64,000 nt of DNA from assembly GCA_965219205.1 (NCBI GenBank), contig CBDCMQ010000003.1, forward strand, positions 448,819-512,818, written 5' to 3'. Below the pieces are notes generated by a model that was not told the origin of the DNA, made no database searches, and saw only the letters and a program-made list of their open reading frames with translations. The number at the start of each line of letters is the position of its first letter. Positions within the stretch are counted from its first letter, which is position 1. The stretch is from Dehalococcoidia bacterium. Lineage in GTDB: Bacteria; Chloroflexota; Dehalococcoidia; DSTF01; WHTK01. Of the stretch, positions 57,966 through 64,000 are shown in pieces. A program made the position numbers and the translations under genes.

Positions 57966-58541
57966 GTGCTAGCTCCAGAAATGGAAGAACTTAACCGCGG
58001 GAATCTGTTGAGCTATTTCTGGACACCGATGGTGACGGTGGGGTGTAGCAAAAATGGAGTCCCGAACGCGCAGATCAGTGTGTCGATTTTCGGCGCGAGC
58101 GCCGTGCCTGACCAGCCTCGCCTCCTGGTAGTCCTGTACAAAAGCAACTTTACCCACGACCTCGTGTTGGCCAAGCGCGACTTTAGCGTCTCGCTGCTGT
58201 CTGAAGACCAGGCCGAGCTGATTCCTAAACTTGGGTTCGTCTCGGGGCGGGACCAGGGCAAGCTCGACGGGCTCGATTTTGAGATGACGGAACGCGACAA
58301 CCCCGTCTTTCATGGCAGCGTTGGCTGGTTGGAATGCTCCGTAATCGAACAATTCGATTTGGGCGATTCGACCGCGTTCCTAAGTGCAGTGCGAAAGAAT
58401 GAGAGATTGACCGAGGTCAGCCCGATGGTCTGGTCCAAGGTCCGCCAGAGGCTTCCGGATACCGTCCGCGAAGAGTGGGACGTCAAGATATCGCGCGATA
58501 TCGAGCAATACCGGCCGCTGATGCACTGGGTCGGGGATTGA
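57966..58541 (+). CDS. Flavin reductase-like (FMN-binding split barrel) protein
   Basis: The length (~190 aa) and sequence pattern fit a flavin reductase domain. This is a moderate-confidence motif-level call. Confidence 0.6.
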   Translation: MLAPEMEELNRGNLLSYFWTPMVTVGCSKNGVPNAQISVSIFGASAVPDQPRLLVVLYKSNFTHDLVLAKRDFSVSLLSEDQAELIPKLGFVSGRDQGKLDGLDFEMTERDNPVFHGSVGWLECSVIEQFDLGDSTAFLSAVRKNERLTEVSPMVWSKVRQRLPDTVREEWDVKISRDIEQYRPLMHWVGD

Positions 58542-58609
58542 CAGCCTGGGCTTATCTCAGCCTGTCGTTGCCGCGACCACACTTCGTGCCCTGCCGTGCT
58601 CTTTTCATT

Positions 58610-59851
58610 ATGTTTCTATTCCCCCTTCTGGCGCTTGCCTGCGGCGGCGAGGGAAACGATGAACCAAAAGCAGCGACGGCGGCCACTTCTTCTGGTCCGA
58701 CCCCAAGCTCCGAGCAAGGCCCAACACCCGCTAATACGCCTGAACCCCTTCCCACGCCGCCACCGACTCCAGCTCCGGTCCGGATCGAGGGGCTATCGGT
58801 CAAATTGCAGCCTGTCTTCCCCGATCTGACCTTTGAGCGGCTCCTGGGGCTCTATCAGTTGCCGAATGGCAACTGGCTGGCCGTGGAGCAAGCAGGAGTA
58901 ATATCCTTCATCGAACCATCAGGTTCGAGCGCCACTGTTTTTCTGGACATCGAAGAGCGGGTTCAATCCAGTTCACTGGAGACCGGCCTGGTGGGAGTGG
59001 CGCTGGCCGAGGATTTCGCCAAGAGCGGAGTGTTCTACGCTTACTACACGGCGCCGGACCCGTTTCGGTCGGTGCTAGCGCGTTTCTATTCCAACGGATA
59101 TTTCGCCGACCCAGGCAGCGAGACTATCCTGATTGAGATACCCCAGCCATCCCTGATTCACAACGCCGGACAAATAGTCTTTGGGCCTGACGGCTACCTC
59201 TACGTAGCGGTAGGAGACGGTGGCGGCTTCAGCGATCCATTTGGTCATGGGCAAAACCTCGACTCACTGCTCGGTTCAGTTTTGCGTATCGAGGTAACCG
59301 GTACGACGGGGTATCGGGTGCCGACGGACAACCCGTTTGTCGGTACGCCGGGCGCTCGGGAGGAGATCTGGGCCTACGGGCTGCGCAATCCTTGGCGTTT
59401 CTCCTTCGACAGCGACACTGACGAGCTGTGGCTGGCAGACGTGGGTGAGCGGAGACGCGAAGAGGTGAACACGATCGTCAAGGGCGGAAACTACGGCTGG
59501 AGCATCTTGGAGGGGAGCGTGTGCTTCCGAGACCAGAATTGTTCCGAGGCGGGGCTAAAGCCGCCGATTTTCGAGTACACCCATCGTGATGGCGACTGCG
59601 CCATCACAGGCGGGTTCGTCTACCGTGGCAGCGACATCACGGACCTGCGCGGCGCGTACGTCTATGGTGATTTTTGTTCAGGCCGGATATGGGCCCTGAA
59701 ACTTGAAGCAGGCGAGGTCGCAGAGAATGTCCAAATCGGCCAGGCCGACTTTCGCATTAGCTCCTTCGCGCAGGGCAACGACGGCGAGATCTACGTCTTG
59801 GAGCACGCCAGCGACGGCGGTGAGATCTATAAGCTCGCGCTCGAACGGTAG
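58610..59851 (+). CDS. PQQ-dependent sugar dehydrogenase (soluble glucose/sorbosone dehydrogenase-like beta-propeller), a lipoprotein
   Basis: A lipobox is present (MFLFPLLALAC|GG). HNAGQIVFGPDGYLYVAVGDGG, GLRNPWRFSFD and GGNYGW are also present. Confidence 0.85.
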   Translation: MFLFPLLALACGGEGNDEPKAATAATSSGPTPSSEQGPTPANTPEPLPTPPPTPAPVRIEGLSVKLQPVFPDLTFERLLGLYQLPNGNWLAVEQAGVISFIEPSGSSATVFLDIEERVQSSSLETGLVGVALAEDFAKSGVFYAYYTAPDPFRSVLARFYSNGYFADPGSETILIEIPQPSLIHNAGQIVFGPDGYLYVAVGDGGGFSDPFGHGQNLDSLLGSVLRIEVTGTTGYRVPTDNPFVGTPGAREEIWAYGLRNPWRFSFDSDTDELWLADVGERRREEVNTIVKGGNYGWSILEGSVCFRDQNCSEAGLKPPIFEYTHRDGDCAITGGFVYRGSDITDLRGAYVYGDFCSGRIWALKLEAGEVAENVQIGQADFRISSFAQGNDGEIYVLEHASDGGEIYKLALER

Positions 59852-59924
59852 AGATCGGATTCGGCCGGGCGACTATCTACTCGATGCTTGAGCGCTGGCT
59901 ATCAAAGTACGGACCCGTTCAACT

Positions 59925-61383
59925 TCAGTCTGGTTTGGCGTACTTCTCGCCGAGCTCTTCCTCCCACCGCAGATAGTTAAGCATCTCAGCGTAAGAGCGG
60001 CTGACCGGCAGGACATCATTGGGCGGGTCGGTGACTGACGTGAGGCCTGACTCCGTCACCAGCCCGGCATGTGCCCAAGCGTCGATCCCTCCGTCGAGCG
60101 CCACCACGCCTTCGTAACCGAGGTCGCTGAGCGTTACCGCCGCGAAAGCACTGTTCCGCCCATCGGAGCAGGTGATGGCGAGGGCAGTTGAGCGCGATGG
60201 AACAAGGCCGGCAATACGGGGCTCGAGCCAACTGCGTGAGAGCCAGCGCGAGCTGGGGATGTGGGCGCGGCTAAACTCGTCGCTGGCACCGACGTGAAGC
60301 AAGGTTGGGGCAGCCTCGCCCAACCTTGCTTTGAGCTGAACTGGCGTCAGCCAGCTCACCCGTTTCCGCGCGGCCTCGAGGCCGAGGGGTGCTTCTGGCT
60401 GGGGACCAGCCTCGAGCCGCCCGCCATCGGTCTGCCAGGCTGTGATGCCTCCTTCGAGCACGTAAACGTTGGGAAAACCCATCTGTCGGAACCAGGAGGC
60501 GGTCATGGCTGCTCGGGCTATGCCATCGCAGGCGAAAAGCAACGTGCCAGATCGAATCGCGATGCAGTTGTCGGTAGCCTGAACCGCCTGACCACCGGCC
60601 ACCCAGGAAAATCCCTCAATGTAACCAGCGGCGTATTCCTCACGGCCGCGGACATCGAAAGCATAGGTGGTTTGCGTTTCAGCGGCGGCCAGGATTTCGC
60701 GAGCCGCGGTAGGGTCGACGAATTGCACCCCTTCCGCATCGGCCATGGCCCGGGCAGCGGCTTCAGCAGGCTGGCGGCTTGGGTCGGCCGGCTGAGCCAG
60801 GTCAAGGCGATCGGAGTTTGCGGGTCCGGCCCCAGGTCCCAAATGCGCAGCCCGAGTTCGGCACCCGGCATCGAGCGGCTGCCGGGAATGCAGGCGCGCT
60901 GGTGCTCCTCCGGTGTCCCGAGTCAAGCAGGATCGGATTCCTGCCTTCGGCAATCCAGCCGGCGAGCTGGTCGGGTTCCAGCTCGGGGACTTCCTGTTGC
61001 AAAAGCACCTTCTCAGCGAAGTCCTTGCTGGGAACGTTGACGCCCCACTCCGTGTGATGGCCCTCTGTGACCCAACGGTTCGTCCCGCCGCCAAGGACCG
61101 AGACGTCTTTGTAACCCATCGCCTCCAGGGTCTGAGCTGCCAAGGCGGTTCGAACTCCATCGTCGTCGCAAGCAACGACACGAGCGCCGCGCCAAGGCAC
61201 AAGACGCTCGACACGAAGCTCTATCTGGCGGCGCGGCAGCGAGCAGGAACCCGCGATGTGCGCCAGGTTATATTCCGCTGGCTCGCGCACATCGAGAAGG
61301 GCGATGTCGTCCCCATGCGTCGCGAGCAAGCTAGCGAGTTCTGCAACGCTGATTAGTTTCTTCGTCTCGAATTGGCGCTTCAA
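59925..61383 (-). pseudogene. Multi-domain rhodanese sulfurtransferase that needs three reading frames and has a truncated second domain
   Basis: Domain 1 is LLDVREPAEYNLAHIAGS...VVACDDDGVRTA. The frame is lost at CCC 60917-60919. The third frame then reads TPEEHQRACIPGSRSMPGAELGLRIWDLGPDPQTPIAL. Domains 3 and 4 (FACDGIARAA, ITCSDGRNSA) lie in the frame of ORF 59925-61214. The likely start is TTG at 61383. Confidence 0.75.
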
Positions 61384-61399
61384 GCTAATCGCCAGGACG

Positions 61400-62197
61400 C
61401 TAGAGGTGGATCTCCTGGCTGGAGCCACCCATTGCGGCGATGACTTCACCAGTTATCGACACGGCTAGGGGCGAACAAAGGAAAGCGATAATGTTCGCGA
61501 TGTCCTCAGAAGTGATGAGGTGTTTGATGGCTGTGCGGTTGCGGAAGCGTTGGAGAACCTCTTCCAGCGGGATGCCCTCAGATTTAGCCGTGGCCTCGTG
61601 GCGGTCCATGTAGTCCTCGGTGAGGGTTATTCCCGGCGTGACATTGTTGACGGTGATGCCGTACTGACCGAGAGTGTTTGACATCGACTTTGTGAGGCTG
61701 ATTGTGCCAATCTCACGGACGGGCCCGGCGATGTTCTCGCCCGGCATGCGGTTGATGCCGCCGCTGATGTTTATCACGCGGCCCCAGCTGGCTTCCTTCA
61801 TGTAGGGAGTTGCCGCTCTCACAACCCGCAGGAAGCCGACAATCTTCTCTTCAAAGTCCCTGAGGACGTCTTCGTCCACCGCGGTTTCGACGTTTCCTGC
61901 TCTGCCGCCGGGACGCGCGGCGTTATTGACGACGATGTGCATGCCGCCCAAGGCTTCGGCAGAGCTGTCGACGAAGCGCTGAATCGACTCAGGGTCCATG
62001 ATGTCGCAGACCATGGGGAAGATCTTGCGGCCGGTCTCCGAGGAGATCTCCGCAGCGGTTTCCTGCAAAGTCGCTTCGGTCCGCGCGCAGATCGCTACGT
62101 CGCAGCCTTCCAACGCAAGCTGGCGTGCGGCTGCTTTACCGATGCCTTTGCTGGCGCCGGTCACAAGCGCCTTTCGACCATCAAGCTGCAGGTCCAT
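61400..62197 (-). CDS. SDR family oxidoreductase (paralog of 27829-28617)
   Basis: ALVTGASKGIGKAAARQLALEGCDVAICAR is present. Confidence 0.9.
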   Translation of the reverse strand: MDLQLDGRKALVTGASKGIGKAAARQLALEGCDVAICARTEATLQETAAEISSETGRKIFPMVCDIMDPESIQRFVDSSAEALGGMHIVVNNAARPGGRAGNVETAVDEDVLRDFEEKIVGFLRVVRAATPYMKEASWGRVINISGGINRMPGENIAGPVREIGTISLTKSMSNTLGQYGITVNNVTPGITLTEDYMDRHEATAKSEGIPLEEVLQRFRNRTAIKHLITSEDIANIIAFLCSPLAVSITGEVIAAMGGSSQEIHL

Positions 62198-62546
62198 TTC
62201 GCTTCTCCTTAATGCACTAGGCTGGTTTTCCCATAATCGGCGGGGAGCAGCACAACCCGCTAATCAAACGGTCAGGGCGAGCTGCCCATAGTTTGCCGGA
62301 TGGGAGCCATCCTAGACCACTCGCTCATGAATTTTACCTGCGGGAAGACGGGCGGATTACACTGTAGCTTCTCGACCTCGCTGCAATCCCTCATTTACCG
62401 GCCATGAGGCCATCGCCGGTGGTCTGTTTCCGGGGTAAAATCCTTTGCGCTTCCGAAAACGAGGAACACGCTGGGAGGGAGTATCCTACAATTGGGAAAG
62501 TGTCGCTTTGAATTTTTCGGACATCCAGCGGCTTGGGAGGCAAAGT

Positions 62547-63869
62547 ATGGCTGACTCGGTTAAGGGGAACGGGGCCTCCTCTAATGGAGGTTCAGCCAAC
62601 GGGCAGGTGCCGTCGGAAAACGCCGAGCTTTCGGCAAAACGGCGCACCGGGCTGGCTTTCGGGCCAACCTACGAAGAAGCGACCCTCGGCCTGCCCAACT
62701 ACTGGTACCCGGCCATGCTCTCGGTCCAGCTTGGCAAGCGGACGAAGCCGGTGAAGCTGCTGGGCGAGGAACTGGTATTCGTGCGCCATAACAAGAAAGC
62801 GCACGCGCTTCACAACCGCTGCCCACACCGGGGTATTCCGCTCCACAACGGCAAGTTCGAATTCCAGGGTTGTATCTCCTGCATCTACCACGGCTGGACG
62901 TTTGATTTGGCTTCCGGCCAATTGGTTGCCGCGTTGGTTGACGGGCCCGATTCGCCGATGGTGAACCGCGATACGACGAGCGTAAGAAGCTATCCAGTCG
63001 AAGAACGCTGTGGGCTGGTGTTCGTTTGGATGGGCCAGGGTGAGCCGATGGTGCCGGTGGAAGACGACATCCCGGAAGAGCTGCTCCGAGATGACATGCA
63101 CATGATGGGCTGGTTCCATTCACGCGCAGGAAACTGGCGTTTTGGCATGGAGAACGCCCTGGATGAGGGCCACGCCCGTTATCTTCATAAAGACTCGGTG
63201 CAGTCCCGCTGGCGCCAGGCACCGGCTACGACAGACATGAAGGTTCTGGAGACTCCCGACAAGAAGTGGATATACCGGCGCATCGACAAAGCGCAAACCT
63301 ACGCGGACTACCCGGGCCTGGGCACCTGGCCCCGCAAGCGCTGGTTCCGCAAGGATAAAAATGAGCGTCAGGCCAAGACGCGCCAGAAGGTGGCGTTGTC
63401 GGTGATTCCAGAGGCCGCCCGCCCCGGCAGTGCTCGGTTGCCCTGTATCTTCCGCCCCATGGGCTGGCCATACCCCATGGTCGTGAGTTATGAGTGGCAT
63501 GTGCCGATCGACGCGGAAAACGAGTTGTACGGCCAGTTCATGTGCAGGTTCACAAAAAATCCTATAGCCCTAGCTATATTCAAAGCAAAGTACCTGCTAT
63601 GGCACCGGTGGGTCGGTCAGTGGCGCTTCAACAGCCAGGACGGTTCCATGGTCGCCGCGATGACGAAAAACACGAAATCGGAGCGGTTGATGAAGACGGA
63701 TGCCTCCATCACCAGCTGGCGCAAGATGGTGGAGCGGCAGGCGCGTGGCCAGGTGGACGAGTGGCGCTCGATCGGCGTGGAGCACGAGGCTGATCCAGAG
63801 CTGGAGATTCAAGGCGAAGGCAAAGCAGCCGCTGACCTGGCGTCTTCCTACAGCGGGCTGGAATCGTAG
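62547..63869 (+). CDS. Rieske [2Fe-2S] oxygenase (subfamily B paralog of 36410-37816)
   Basis: CPHRGIPL...CIYHGWTF is present. The start ATG at 62547 lies 6 nt after GGGAGG. Confidence 0.85.
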   Translation: MADSVKGNGASSNGGSANGQVPSENAELSAKRRTGLAFGPTYEEATLGLPNYWYPAMLSVQLGKRTKPVKLLGEELVFVRHNKKAHALHNRCPHRGIPLHNGKFEFQGCISCIYHGWTFDLASGQLVAALVDGPDSPMVNRDTTSVRSYPVEERCGLVFVWMGQGEPMVPVEDDIPEELLRDDMHMMGWFHSRAGNWRFGMENALDEGHARYLHKDSVQSRWRQAPATTDMKVLETPDKKWIYRRIDKAQTYADYPGLGTWPRKRWFRKDKNERQAKTRQKVALSVIPEAARPGSARLPCIFRPMGWPYPMVVSYEWHVPIDAENELYGQFMCRFTKNPIALAIFKAKYLLWHRWVGQWRFNSQDGSMVAAMTKNTKSERLMKTDASITSWRKMVERQARGQVDEWRSIGVEHEADPELEIQGEGKAAADLASSYSGLES

Positions 63870-63902
63870 CGGCGTTTATCGGATCGAAGGCAGGACGGCT
63901 AG

Positions 63903-64000
63903 ATGAGCATGTTGAGACCGCCGGGGTTAGGGCGTGACCCGAAGTACCGAGGGAAATTCGGCATTCCGGACGATATCATCAACACTCCCCAGAAGCCGGC
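63903..64000 (+). CDS. Start of an unidentified ORF running off the window
   Basis: ATG at 63903 opens MSMLRPPGLGRDPKYRGKFGIPDDIINTPQKP... The frame is open to the window edge, and no family was recognised. Confidence 0.25.
   Translation, partial: MSMLRPPGLGRDPKYRGKFGIPDDIINTPQKP

Noticed and set aside
62404-62470. A possible third copy of the leader lies upstream of the Rieske gene at 62547 (GCCATCGCCGGTGGTCT, with the hairpin CCGGC...GCCGG).
   Set aside because: Only about 13 of 17 positions match box B, and box A is not recognisable. This is too weak to call without a statistical model.
1-64000. The in-frame TAA and TAG codons might reflect an alternative genetic code or stop-codon reassignment.
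   Set aside because: TAA, TAG and TGA all terminate many full-length, well-conserved genes in this window at the expected positions. Examples are TGA for the CaiB-like gene at 10380, TAG for the SDR gene at 61400 and TAA for mod at 2222.

Overview
This is a 64-kb bacterial chromosomal window in two visibly different parts.

**Part 1 (1 to ~6.6 kb).** An AT-richer island (by eye about 50% G+C versus about 60% elsewhere; not computed). It carries a translationally coupled Type III restriction-modification operon (mod-res). A third gene fuses an HNH nuclease to a DGQHR (DndB/ParB-like) domain. All three reading frames are broken, by homopolymer frameshifts, an 11-bp x3 tandem insertion and an in-frame stop.

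**Part 2 (6.6-64 kb).** A dense, mostly intact catabolic and oxidoreductase gene set:
- five Rieske-type oxygenase genes in three subfamilies
- two CaiB/BaiF CoA-transferases next to a CitE-like lyase, and two MFS transporters
- HyuB/HyuA hydantoinase and several amidohydrolases
- a LigB-like dioxygenase, an ACMSD-like decarboxylase, an MlrC-like M81 peptidase and a DSD1-type PLP enzyme
- SDR, HIBADH and Gfo-type dehydrogenases, a PQQ sugar dehydrogenase lipoprotein, an F420-type reductase and a flavin reductase

One IS481-family element, whose transposase has two nonsense codons, abuts a truncated MMPL gene. I recognised no rRNA, tRNA or CRISPR array.

**Most interesting observations:**
- a conserved, hairpin-containing leader element found upstream of two aromatic-catabolism genes (37.9-38.1 kb and 40.0-40.1 kb), with compensatory base changes in its terminal stem
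- the mod-res-HNH/DGQHR operon
- two inverted Rieske oxygenase paralogs sharing an 89-bp perfectly identical core
- a PadR cassette bracketed by two diverged copies of an amidohydrolase 3' end
- a secreted phosphoesterase with a ~500-bp intragenic direct repeat

**Caveat.** At least 7 frameshifts, most at short homopolymers, and 4-5 in-frame stop codons interrupt otherwise conserved genes. Without reads I cannot separate assembly error from real gene decay.

Functions are assigned from motifs I recognise in the translations, not from database searches. The gene content reminds me of marine Chloroflexota (SAR202-like), but that is a guess.
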